NCBI RefSeq assembly: GCF_964204645.1
Contig: NC_134027.1
Location: 2,202,485-2,266,484, forward strand
Direction of reading: 5' to 3'
DNA length: 64,000 nucleotides
Source: Tubulanus polymorphus
Taxonomy: Eukaryota; Animalia; Nemertea
A program made the position numbers and the translations under genes. The notes under the pieces were generated by a model. The model did not search any database and was not told the origin of the DNA. It was given only the letters and a program-made list of their open reading frames with translations. Of this stretch, positions 12,901-24,938 are shown one piece after another. Every line of letters starts with the position of its first letter. The first letter of the stretch is position 1.

Positions 12901-14050
12901 TCCAGGAATGTATTTGTGCACAGATTCGATCGGAAGTAAATCTGCGTTTTTGGCAATATGATTTTGGCAATATGTATCAAAACAGGTTCACTTAGATACA
13001 GATAAATAAATGTGCTCAGATACACATGTATCAGCTACATTTTAAATGTCCATGGAATTAGAAATAATTTCACATAACAATTGAATTAACCTTAATCGAT
13101 CTAAGTAATACGTTAATGAGTAATTTATCTTAGATTCTAATTTTCAGTTAAACTATATCTAATATGCGTCACTTGACACACAGTATGGCTTTTAGATATT
13201 AATTGAATCAGTTAGGTTTGAGTAAATTTTGCCAATAATGAAAAGCATGGGTAGTCGTCGTGAGCGTGGCAGTTGGCGTTACAGAACTGATCAGTCAATG
13301 AGACTGATTCACTTATAGATGTGCTCAAATATATCATATATTTCAGCTATATTTCAATAAATAGGCTATTTATGATATAAAAAGTTTTTGATCTAACATC
13401 AAATATTGAATTCATCTTAATTGTGAATATCTAAGCCATTTTTCCTGGCTGTATGCTAATTGTCAGTCAAACAACAATTATCATGCGTCAGCCAAAACAA
13501 GACGCAGTGTTTCAGGAATGAATTAAATCAATTAAAGCTTTGGTTTATTCTGGATTTATCAAAGTGTTGAGACCAAATCACTGTTTCATAAAGACCTGTA
13601 GTCCATAGTTTTCCCCATATAACACCAGACCTCGATAGAGCCCTAGACACTATCTTATGAAATTCATAACTGTTATGTGTGAGGCAGCACACAGTATATA
13701 TTGTAAAGTATGGCCTCAATCTTAATAAATTGATCAATATATTATTTGTAAAGAAATATCTATCAACCAACGATAAAGTTTAATTGATATATCTTTTAGT
13801 AAAAATTGTCCTATCTAGATCTTGATTGTCAGTTAAACAATAGTCATATGAGGCCTGAAATATCTACGGTACATTCGAATAATTTCAAATGTCACATAAG
13901 ATATTGAATTTACCTTAATTGTACGTACTTACAAAATCTTTTAATCAATAACTGACCAATCTACATTTTAATTATCAGACCAAAGAATATTTAAAGGACC
14001 TCACTCAATCATTTCGTCTAATATTGTAAATATTCAAGCAATCATTGCCT
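9950..14050. repeat. Region of old, diverged local duplications / degenerate satellite
   Basis: ttttggaaataactatatt..acaatatttggtctttt..atgtaactagt occurs three times at 10712-11100, with an inverted partial copy at ~9951-9980. The motif tatg(a/g)(g/a)gc(c/t)tgaaa..tctac recurs at ~10181, 12205, 12551 and 13847. Confidence 0.55.
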
Positions 14051-14537
14051 AGCTATATTTCAATTTACTACCGGCCACAGAGCCTCAATAAAGTAGTGCA
14101 GAGATGGTGAGCTTGACCAGCGCCTATGCATTCTACCCCAGATATGAAAAATCAACTTAGCTTTATGTATGTATGTATTCCTGTTGCCATGCGGGATGAG
14201 CCATGCAAGACTGCCAGGTTTGGTTGCGACAGGTCTTTGCGACAGGTGTTTGGTGGTACTTCAAGGTGGAGTCTTTTGTGGGCACTTCGGGTGGGCAGAT
14301 TTTAGATGGGCCTTTCCGGATTAACCTGAAATGAGTAAAAGAACGATATTCTGTAGTTACACAATCCTTTCCGTATCACGCATCGTAATTTACATGTGTA
14401 TCAACTTAACTTTCAATATTGCTGAGTTCAGTGTTCTTTTTTGGCATCGTCTTCGTTGTAGTCACCTTCAGCATCTTCTTCAAATTCTTGGGAGTGCTGA
14501 AATGAAAAAAAAGAGAAGAGCGATGAAAACCTGGTAC

Positions 14538-15313
14538 GGAACAAAACTGATGTTCGAAAGCTTTTCAGCTCTCCGTCGCCGGTCACATGCCGAGAACACC
14601 AGACAATGAGCCAGCCAGGAATATACTGCCCTCTACACGCCCTCACACAGAACGCGAAAACCAGAATGACAACGCCTCACATTCCCCATCTAACTGCAGG
14701 GTGTACTGGGCAACGTCAGTAACTGACAAACCTGTAAAATTGCACGAAACACAAATAGCGCAGTACAACCAGCTTGACCGGGTTGAGATTCAGGATCTCA
14801 ACTAGCACTCAAAAGCGTGACAAGAGACTTCATCCACTGACCGAGGTTGTCACAAGGACACAATGCAACTAGCACTCACAAGCCGACAAGAGACTTCATC
14901 CACTGACCGGGGTTGTCACAAGGACACAATGAAAACTAGCACTCAAACTAGAAATCAAAGAGCGTGACAGTAGAATCATCCCTCAGCCGACTCAGAATAC
15001 CAGAAACAAAGAGCGTGACAGTAGAATCATCCCTCATCCGGGCGGTCACAAGGACACAATGAATGCTAGTAGCGTGACAATCCAGTATAACCGCTCCATT
15101 TGTATCCCGCGCAATCCCGCAGATATGCCCGTCATTGACATCACTCAGCACACTTTGTAGATAGGTGGGGGCAGTGAGGCCTCGTCATCCTGGTTTTCGT
15201 GTTCCGTATGAGGGCGTGTAGAGGGCAGAATTTCCTGACCGACTCTTTGTCTGACATCCTCGACACATGACCGGCGAAGGAGAGCTGACGCTTTCGGACA
15301 TTAGTTTTGTTCC
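14538..15313 (-). repeat. ~200-bp inverted repeat (arms 14538-14734 and 15120-15313) enclosing ~65-bp tandem repeats; candidate hairpin RNA
   Basis: The arms align end to end at roughly 75-80% identity (manual alignment). The loop contains repeats of aactagcactca..gacaagagacttcatccactgaccg..gttgtcacaaggacacaatg. Confidence 0.8.
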
Positions 15314-16894
15314 AGCAAACGTTGAAATTCGACAGAGAAATCGGCCCTGGAAAAAAAACGGGTTAATTGCTGAAAAATAGAACGGATTAATGAACACGGA
15401 ACAGTACAGGACAGCACGGAGACAAACAGTAACACATAAAACATAAAGACGTCGTTCCTCAGGAAGCAGGAACAGGAGCAGGAGCGGGAGCGGGAGCGCA
15501 GCGAAAATCGCCAGGAGGAGAATCCACGGTAGCATGTTCACAGTGTGAGTAAGCTGAGGTGAATGGTCTATGCTTGTGTACACCGTGGTCAGCCGATGAC
15601 GTATTCAATAGCGCGTGTCAGAACGATATCAACAACTCTGAAAACCCGCAATTGTGTCTCTATTGTTGAATGGATTTACATTATGAGGTTCCACCGCCGG
15701 GTTGAATACGCGCCAGTAGTCAGCTGAACAATATAGTGGAGGAACTTTAATAAGGCCATGAAATAAATTACTTGATTCCCAACAGCTACTTCCGAATTTA
15801 TAAGCATCCGCCTGTTTTTTTTTTCTCAAATTCTAGAATAATTTATAAATTATACCGACCGATAGCACTTCCATTACAGATTCACACCAACACAGGTCTT
15901 CCTATCATAGAAACCGCGTAAACCTTTACTAATGAAATTAGTTTATTAGTCACGGACAGTTCATGCACCCCGAGATAACTACCTCTCATGCAGGAAAGCG
16001 GTCTATTTGAGTCATTGGGGGAAAACCCACTAATACCATGTATTCACGATTATTCATCATTCATACTGTTATCACAGAATCCCGTCAATACACAGATTTT
16101 CATTAAAAAAAACTCCTCGATGCAATTGAGGGGAGATATATGAGGCATTTTTAATTATTTGGAGCCAGAAAATGAACGATCATGAAATGCGGCTTGAAGG
16201 TGAACTTTTTTGGGCGCGAAAAAATTGGACAAAACGAACGTTAAGTCAAAGACACATGCTAACATTTAATATGATAGAAAACCATTCAATAAACATGTGA
16301 AGGGGCAACGGGTTGTTAATTTTCGGGTTTTAGGATCGCTAGCCCTGTTACGTTAGAGATTGTACTGAATGTCTCAATGCGTCAATATTCCCTGATACGC
16401 TACAAAAGCGGTCGTCACCGTAATAGTTATGAACGACCTACATATGTATCTACGGAGGTCAATCGCTGAGTGCTGGTACTTAAGTAATTAAAAACTAATT
16501 AAAAATTAAGTAATTTTAATTACTTTGAACTTTCAAGTCGTGGAGTCTCTTTTCTCTCATGGACCCCTTTCGGTGAGGCCAGTGTCCGTAACTGTTCTTT
16601 TTGCCGGTACGACCTTCACCCAGTCCTGGCAGTGGCTGTCTCCACAGTGTGTTACTGTGATACCACCCACCCAGACACTTTCATTCAAATTCGCGTGACT
16701 TTTGCCGACACATACTGTCGGCATTTTTGCCTGTGTTCAAACTGCGATATCTCAGCAAATAAACAACCGATTTTGATAAATAAACACTAACCTTATGATG
16801 TCTTACGTTTGTTCATTATATCATTTTGACGATACGTAAATCTGATTTTAGTACGATTAAAATTAAGATACAAAAATGATGCGCTGATTAGCGA

Positions 16895-16935
16895 TGAGAC
16901 ACGCATCGCTCAAGTGTCTCGTTGAATGCCTAGTT
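16895..16935 (+). mobile_element. Possible Helitron/Helentron-associated (HINE-like) 3' end
   Basis: Hairpin gagacac...gtgtctc followed closely by ctagtt. The 5' end was not identified. Confidence 0.3.
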
Positions 16936-17172
16936 TCAAAGTGAAAAAATGGTGTCATTTTTGCTATTTCTGTATTTATATCGCATCAAGCACGGAGTAT
17001 GATGAAGAAGGAACCTCCGAATGAACATAATAATAAGAAAACTGAATATGTGAGGTTTGTAATGATAGTTCATTTTTCACAATCGATTTGGTGAAACTGG
17101 ATTTCTGGTGGTTTAAAGTCACAGTGATTTAAGAGTATCGAGAAAATGTCGTTCGTGTCTTAGTGTCTGTAG

Positions 17173-17975
17173 TATGGAATACCTCAAGGGCCATCCGACT
17201 TACGTTTTACGACTTACGAGTTACGTTTTACGAGTTACGATTTACGTTTTACGAGTTACTTATACATTTCCTTGAATATTCGTTACGACTTCCGTTTTAT
17301 GAGTTACGAATTACAACTTAAATACGTTTTACGAATTACGAGTTACGATTTACGAGTTAAGTGTTGGAGTTTCGGTTCGCAAGAGTTCAAGGACAGTGGC
17401 CACGTGGTTGGCATTTCACTGTGTGGGTGTAATTATAAGACGAATAACTGTAACGATGATGGATGGCTGTATGCAGCCCAGTGCTTTCAAAAAATAAATA
17501 CATTTTTTCTAAATTGATGAATCTTGTTCTAATTATTAAAATCATTTCCAGCTAAGATCTATTGAAATATCGCCTATTAAAATCATCGTGCACGTAACGG
17601 GGCAGTCATCAGTCAGTGTGAAATGTATTGTCAGCATTGAATAAATTTTGAGAAGGTTCGCACAGCAGATGGCCAACGCGCAGATTTTCTGCCCTGTAAT
17701 AGACCACTGCAGTCGAGATTGATTCACTATGTACAATAAATTACTCTTATTATGCTGTTTGAAATGACAATTCGTCTTCATTTTGAAACCCGTTCTTTGA
17801 ATAACGCGCTTCGGATATCCGAAGCCAATTAGTGAAAAACGTGTAATTCGTAAAACGTAAGTCGTAAATCGTAAGTCGTAACGTATTGTAGGAAATGTAT
17901 TAGTAACTCGTAAAACGTAAATCGTAACTCGTAAAACGTAACTCGTAAGTCGTATGGCCCTTGAGGTATTCCATA
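17173..17975. mobile_element. Non-autonomous DNA transposon, IS3EU-like (TAY...RTA termini, 6-bp TSD)
   Basis: TIRs tatggaatacctcaagggccat... and ...atggcccttgaggtattccata extend by ~150 bp of 7-mer ttacg(a/t)N subrepeats. The element is flanked by direct repeat ctgtag (17167-17172 and 17976-17981). Confidence 0.75.
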
Positions 17976-18235
17976 CTGTAGTACATCAGACACTAACGTT
18001 CTTGGTGAAGAGTTTTCGAGGAAATCACAATCTAGCAAAGAGAAATTAAGAGATTCTAAACGGACTCGAACGAGGCGACTCGTGGCAGTTTGATAGAATA
18101 TAAATTGAGAACTAAGAGAGCTGAAACGAATTTTGTAATGTGATCCTGCGCCATCCGATATAGACAATACCATAAAAATTGCCGCGATATATTTCCTATT
18201 GATTTAAAGTATATTTTTGAGCAAATTGCATTGAT

Positions 18236-21200
18236 ATGGGAATCCAAGGGCTTGCTAAGTTACTGGCAGACGTAGCCCCATCTTCAATGAAGGAAAATGA
18301 AATAAAGAATTATTTTGGTAAGTTGTGTGATCGTTTTTTTTCATTTTATACATCAGTTTATACATCGGACTATGTTAAATTCAAATGTTATTTTGTTTCT
18401 CAATATTCTCTAATCCACCGGTTGATATACGGTTGCAGTATTTTACATCATGTGTTACAACTTATTGATTACTTCAAAAGCTAGGTTCCTGGGCTATGCT
18501 AATTCTGGAATTATCTTGCAGTTGTTCGAATAATTGATTCTTGCTTGATTCTATTATTGTAGGAAGAAAAGTTGCAATTGATGCTTCAATGTCTATTTAT
18601 CAGTTTCTAATCGCTGTTAGACAGGAAGGTAATGTGCTCATGAATGAAGAAGGGGAAACAACAAGGTGAAAATTATATCTATAAATCTACTTGAAAATAT
18701 CCGTTGTTTCCTGGTCCTATGTCGTTTATACGTCGTAATGTAAATGATTATGATTTCAGTCATCTGATGGGATTGTTTTATCGTACTATACGCATAGTAG
18801 ATAATGGTATCAAGCCGGTTTATGTGTTTGATGGAAAACCACCTGATATGAAATCTGGTGAGGTAAGAGATATCAAACTCGCTTCGCTAGTATTCAACCT
18901 GTTTGTAGTTATTTCTTGAAATTCGTCATGTGCGATCCATGTTTGTATTTTTTAAGCTTGAAAAACGAAAGGAGCGCCGGGATGAAGCTCAAAAGGCTTT
19001 GGAAGCTGCACAAGAATCAGGTACCATTCATAATGTTGACTGTGAAACACTGTCCTCGTCCGAAATGTTTCCTTGAGATTTTATCCGATGTTTTGACTAT
19101 CCTAGGCCTAGCATAGAATAAGGCAATTAAATAGTCATCTTTAGGAATACTTAAGTTACATCAAATTCATACAATCCCAGAACGAAGAGACTAAATTAAG
19201 TGATCATTCAACTGCTAATGCAAAAATATTGTGATACAATGTAGTTGTTACTATCATTCGGCTTCCCAGAACCACCTCACACCCATTTCAGACACATTCA
19301 CAATTTCATTGTGAAAAAAAGTATTTGCGATTACTTTTTGACTTGAGTGGTGTCTAAAATGTCTTAAGTGAGACATTTCTATACCATTGGTTAGTTCACT
19401 TTCGATAAAGAAAAGATGCCTGAGGTGGATGGGTTGATGCTGGCAGCAGATTAATACCAATCAATGTTGTAGATAAGAGAATGAATTACGGTGTGTTATA
19501 TTGTTGTTTTATTTTAAAAGGCGACCAGGAAAACATAGATAAATTCAGTCGACGGCTTGTAAAAGTAACAAGACAACACAATGATGAATGCAAACAACTA
19601 TTAAAATTAATGGGAATTCCCTATGTCAATGTAAGTGCTCTTAATTAAATATTACCATAATCTGTAATTTATCCAAAGAATTGGATCTCGAAAATGTATA
19701 TTTTGCAGGCTCCTTGCGAAGCTGAAGCCCAATGTGCTGCATTACAAAAGGCAGGAAAAGTTTACGCCGTTGGTACCGAGGATATGGATGCATTAACATT
19801 CGGTACAAATGTTTTACTCAGAAGATTAACATTCAGTGAAGCTCGTAAGATGCCTATTCAGGAAATTTATTTAGATCGGATTTTAAAAGAGGCAGAGCTA
19901 TCCAGTGAAGAGGTAAATGTTTCCATATGCCGGAAAGAGTTGAGTTTGAAAAAATTAAGAGATTTTTTATTCAAACAATTTGATTCATTTCAGTTTATAG
20001 ATCTGTGTATATTACTGGGATGTGACTATTGTGAATCAATTCGAGGAATCGGACCAAAAAGAGCAATTGAACTTATTAGAAAGTATAAAAGCATCGATGA
20101 AATACTGAAGCATTTAGATAAAGATGTATGAATGTGATGAGTTTCAGTGAATATTTTTGCATTTTGAATGATTTCTTATGAAAATGATTCATTAATTTAA
20201 TACATCTTAATTTCATTTTCCACAGAAATACACAGTGCCAGATAACTGGCTATATAAGGTAAAGGTCTTCATCTTTTAGTCGGTATCATCCATGAATCTT
20301 AAGGATTAATTGTCAGTCTTGATTTTCCTATTTTTACAGGAAGCTAGGGAACTGTTCAAGAATCCTGATGTTACTGAAGGTGAAAATATTGATGTATGTT
20401 TATTTCATTTAACTGTGAAATGTAATTTTCTTGTTTATTCGCTTTTATTGATAGTCATAAATATCTAATTATAGTTAAAATGGATTGAACCAGATGAAGA
20501 AGGTCTTGTGGAATTTATGGTTAAACAAAAAGGATTCAAGTAAATTTAGCTTAAATTTTTTTTACACATATCTTCATATCTTAAGCTATCAGCAAAATGA
20601 TGTGGTTCAACCATTTTCAGTAGAATTTTCTTTTCATTGGATTAATTCATCTTCACCCGTCAAGGGATTCGAACCCACTACGCTAAAGCTGTTCGCCGAA
20701 CCCCTGACCTCACGAGTCGTTGGAGTCGTTACTAGCCGACCAGAATCCGGTCGTACCATTCACAGCGCTTGTAACAAACGACTTTAGGCTTCTATTGGTT
20801 TTCCCGTTAAATGGACCAATCAGCGAACGCTTTACTGAACAAGGAAGTATTTCGCAAATCGATATATGACGTCATGCACAACAGCGCCAGTAATGAAATC
20901 ACGCTTCGTGAGGCCAGGGGGCTGGTGGAAGCGAGTTCGGGAGTGATACCGGACCCCTGGCAAGTGAGGATGGGATTAATTATCAAATACAGAAAAATCA
21001 GTTCGAACAACAGCAAATTAATTGTGTTGGATATTTAGTCCCATATAACGGCATGTTGTTGATAACAATGTGTTTTGTTAATATTCAGTGAGGATCGAAT
21101 TCGAAATGGTGCGAAAAAACTGACAAAGGCTAAGAATACGACGACTCAAGGACGTTTAGATGGATTTTTTACGGTCATGTCGACGTCATCATCATCTACC

Positions 21201-21363
21201 AAGAGAAAGGTTCGTGTTTGTTTTGATGAAGAGTTCTATTTGCTATAAATGTTATTTAAATTCTAAAAGATGTTTGTAAATTATCTTTCAGAATGAAAAA
21301 GAGAAGAAAGGACCACCAAAAAAGAAAGCAAAAGGCGGCACAGGATTCAAGAGAGGGAAATAA
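18236..21363 (+). CDS. FEN1: Flap endonuclease 1
   Basis: Twelve in-frame GT-AG exons: 18236-18317, 18563-18665, 18760-18862, 18957-19020, 19521-19630, 19709-19912, 19994-20125, 20226-20258, 20340-20393, 20475-20539, 21089-21209 and 21292-21363. Motifs: [54 protein letters not shown], the PIP box QGRLDGFF and a basic tail. Confidence 0.97.
20648..20972. mobile_element. Non-autonomous TIR element with CATC...GATG ends and 9-bp TSD, in FEN1 intron 10
   Basis: Imperfect TIRs catcttcacccgtcaaggg and cccctggcaagtgaggatg. TSD ggattaatt at 20639-20647 and 20973-20981. Confidence 0.8.
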
Positions 21364-22065
21364 TCTCGCTATGAATTCTTATTATTATTGTTGTAGTTTC
21401 CAGTTTGCATTTTTGACTAGAATAAAAAAAACGAAAATTTATTTTTGAAATATTCCACACTTGGGTGTTTTGAATTTTTTTAAAATGTGGTTAGGTGAGG
21501 ATATTAATTTTGAGGATCTCAGTTGGTCATCCGGACCCTTCTTTTTTTGGTCATATGGTGGTGACCCCGGACCAGCAAGCCGTTGTTCAGATGAAAAAGA
21601 CAAAGGTGTAAGGGAGGGTAAATTTTGTGTGTAAATACACATTTTCGGTATGCAAACGCCACCCGCATAGACAGGCAACCAGTCGCATTGTCCACAGCGC
21701 CATCTGTATTCGTCGTTTCACGAATCGATTCTCGCGTTGCTATTGGTTTGTTGCCACGTGTTTACGGTAACTAGAGTAATACGTATTGAAAACGTTACAG
21801 AACGTAGTTCAATCGTCGCCGCTCCTGTTATTCAGAATCGTTTGAACATTCGTCGTACTTGGACGTGTCTATTACGAATCAGTTGAATTTACTCTTCAAA
21901 TAGCGTTTAAATCTAGACAACTCGTGTAGACTAGAAGTGTTTACAGAAAAGGAGTTTAATAAACCAGAAAGTGATCGTATTTTGAATTGTTCTCTGCTGT
22001 TGGAAAAAAGCCAAGGTTAGTGACGACGTCATCATATCGTGTCTAAAACTGTGTGTGATAAAAAG

Positions 22066-22758
22066 ATGTTAAATATCGTATCATCAGTAATGGAAGAATC
22101 GGTAATAGAAGATGTTGTATCCAGTTGTGTTTTCATGAGGAGAAAGAAACGAAGGCAAAATCGCCGTAAAAAGAGACTCGTTTCAAACGGAAATGATTTG
22201 AAGAACTCGTTGAAATCCTCGCGTGGTGGTGAGTCATCGATGACATGTGATCATTTATTAACTCTATCTGAAATTCAAAATAACGCGTTACAATCAAATG
22301 AAGAAAATATGCTCGAAAAACTGTATCGATCGTGTAGTAATTGTGAAGAATGTGATACAAACTCTCCGTTGATCGAACGGAAACGATCTCAACGACGGAC
22401 TTCGTGGCAAAATCATCGGTCATTGTCGCCGAGAAAGACTGTTCTACGACCGTACACCAGTGTATCCGCGCCTTCTAATACTACTCAGTATATCATGGAT
22501 GATTATTACGAAGGTTTGACGAACAATTTCTCGACTCAACAATCGGAAACTGAAGATAACAACAACAACAATGATAGTACGTCGTGTTTCTTACGCGATG
22601 ACTTTGAAGCTGCTTACCTTTCGGCGAAGGTTGACAATCTGAACTCGTATTCGAGAAGCAAACTTTTAAATGACGTGAATTCGTTGACAGGACGCGTTAA
22701 TTTACTCGAAACCAAATTACAATCATTACAGAGACTTTTTGATAATACTGAAAACTGA
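22066..22758 (+). CDS. HEXIM-like (P-TEFb inhibitor family) protein, intronless and divergent
   Basis: Basic tract RRKKRRQNRRKKR; APSNTTQYIMDD (compare HEXIM APYNTTQFLMDD); C-terminal FLRDDFEAAY...NLNSYSRSKLLNDVNSL coiled-coil segment (compare FLQRDFSETY...SLQNMSKQELIKEYLEL). First in-frame ATG is at 22066, alternative 22090. Confidence 0.7.
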   Translation: MLNIVSSVMEESVIEDVVSSCVFMRRKKRRQNRRKKRLVSNGNDLKNSLKSSRGGESSMTCDHLLTLSEIQNNALQSNEENMLEKLYRSCSNCEECDTNSPLIERKRSQRRTSWQNHRSLSPRKTVLRPYTSVSAPSNTTQYIMDDYYEGLTNNFSTQQSETEDNNNNNDSTSCFLRDDFEAAYLSAKVDNLNSYSRSKLLNDVNSLTGRVNLLETKLQSLQRLFDNTEN

Positions 22759-23655
22759 AAAGTTGAATAACTTACTTTTTAAACAACCGTCAATTTGCAG
22801 AAATAATACATGTAATGTTTTTATTGTTCATTGAAGAAATGCTTGTCTAAGTGTCATTCTTTGAATTTCAGTGAAAAGCTTAGATTCACAGTTGAGAACG
22901 CTCGCCATCTGGGAACGCGTACAGCTTTTCACATCTTAGAGCTAATGTTCCGAGAGCCAGGATTTCTGTCGCTGAGGTATAACGCGTTTGGATTTTTGTA
23001 CAAATTCTTGTGTCTTGTTTACTGTAATACCCGCTTAATGAAGTTCCCATTCTGAAATTTCAGGGCTGATTTACGTATCTGTTATTCATGCAGAACCATG
23101 TCAGCCTCTCAGCTAGCCGGTCAGTCTTTCATTTATAAGCTCACACAGTCAAAGGCCACGAATAGCTCGTCCGGAAGCTCGCCAGTCTCGGAGGAATAAA
23201 GTCTTTTATTCAGTAAGTTTGGTGTGGTAAAACGTGTCCCTGTATTTGCGTAGAAATACTGACTATCCCTTGAACTTGACCTAACATTTGTTATGATACT
23301 TTTTCAGACAAATCCTCAGCCGTTTTGGTGCAAGCTAATAAGAAATGAGTTTGTTACATTTTCTCTCAATCATTGTATATATATTGTATTGTTAATGGTG
23401 CTGTTACCTTTCAGAGTTTTTTTTAGCGAATCAATGAGTATTTCTTTCATTTGCCAGAGATGAATTATTCAAGTTTCTACATTTTCTGAATCACTGAAGA
23501 AGTATTTGGCGAGCATCTTGAGTCTAAATTGTAGACTTTCTATAGATTTCTTTCTTTGTTTTTTTATATATATTGAAAATAAATACGACTTTAAAATGAA
23601 AAAATAGAAATTTTTGTTATAAAGGAAATTTGGGTTTCTTGAACTTGGAAAGGAT

Positions 23656-23775
23656 TTTATGTTGGATAAACTTAATTCAACTTTACTGGCAGGCGCAAGT
23701 GTTACTGTTATCTATTTATGTTGGATAAACTTAATTCAACTTTACTGGCAGGCGCAAGTGTTACTGTTATCTATT
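23656..23775. repeat. Exact 59-bp tandem duplication
   Basis: tttatgttggataaacttaattcaactttactggcaggcgcaagtgttactgttatcta occurs twice in tandem. Confidence 0.9.
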
Positions 23776-24835
23776 AGTAGACTTCACAGAAAGTACCAGT
23801 TTCGGTAATCTGCCGTGGGCCGAATGAACACGTGCACGGATACACTGCATGCTATGATGGTTTGTCTTATAAGTGGACCCTTTTAGAAATAATAGTTTTA
23901 GGGCACTTTATGCTTGATTTTTCTTTTTAAAAAAATGAAATTTATTGGTCACGCGTGAGATCTGAGGTAAGAATACTGATTGGTACAGTCTGAGAACTTC
24001 GAAAATTTAAAAAACAATCTACATTAATATTAAACTCTTCTTGTGCCGCGGCATGTGAGTAATCACCCTTTGGCCGCTTTACCGGACTAATGGGGGTTAC
24101 ATTCGCCGAGTAAAGAGTTCGACTAAAATGCTTTAAAATCGTTTTACAAAGCAGATTTCCCTTAAGTAAAACTTCAACGTTGATAGGTTTTTCATTCATA
24201 ACAAACTAGTGACGAATGATGGGTTCTCGCATGCCACAGTAGTACTGTTAGATCGAATACGAATCGGCGAATATTTATTGCACTCCAACCATTTCCATGG
24301 TATATGGAGGAGAAAACAGTATTTACAATAATTACATAAATTAAACGGTAATAAAAGCTACAAAACTTGATTAACTGGTCTCACACTTTTGTGCATAATT
24401 TACAATACATATATTACCGATACATACACTACCGGAGGGATTTATATACTCTTAGCCGTTCAGTGCTGCCCCATTGTATTACGATAGCGGAATTTACGTG
24501 AACTAAATTAGTTGCAAGCGTTCATGACCACCGAAATGTATGCGATATCGTTATTACGTACAATACCGACCACTGTGATGCCTAATTAATAAACTATGAT
24601 ACTTTTACTCCGTCCTGAATTTTAAATGGTATTTCGATATTTTTTCACGTAATTCTAAGCAAAACACTTCCCTAGTGTAAATGTGTAGTTTTATTCATTT
24701 GATTCGTGAGGCGGATATGATACCGGGCTACCCTCATTAGAAAATGCGGTTTTTATTGGAGATCGCTACTATGGATATTTGGCTACCAGAACCGTCTACC
24801 CTTGGAGTAATCATTTTAATTCAATACTCCAAGGT

Positions 24836-24938
24836 CATCCTCGCTTGCCAGGGGTCCGGTATCGTCCCGAACTCGCTTCCACCAGCTCGGGGAACGGCTT
24901 TAGCAGAGTGGGTTCGAATCCCTTGACGGGTGAAGATG
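24836..24938. mobile_element. Internally deleted (103-bp) copy of the CATC...GATG element, opposite orientation, 9-bp TSD
   Basis: Both halves are reverse complements of the two ends of 20648-20972. TSD ctccaaggt at 24827-24835 and 24939-24947. Confidence 0.8.

Noticed and set aside
14760-15080. Twister ribozyme or C/D snoRNA repeats in the hairpin loop
   Set aside because: ggtcacaagga only partly resembles the twister core, and the required pseudoknot partners or a proper RUGAUGA box are missing.
21690-21765. Promoter motifs (CTCF-like cagcgccatctg, CCAAT, E-box) upstream of the HEXIM-like gene
   Set aside because: The position is plausible, but short motifs arise by chance and cannot be validated from sequence alone.
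24836-24938. tRNA gene or tRNA-SINE because of GGTTCGAATCCC
   Set aside because: No cloverleaf, A-box or tail. It is bounded by inverted termini and a 9-bp TSD, so it is called a TIR element.
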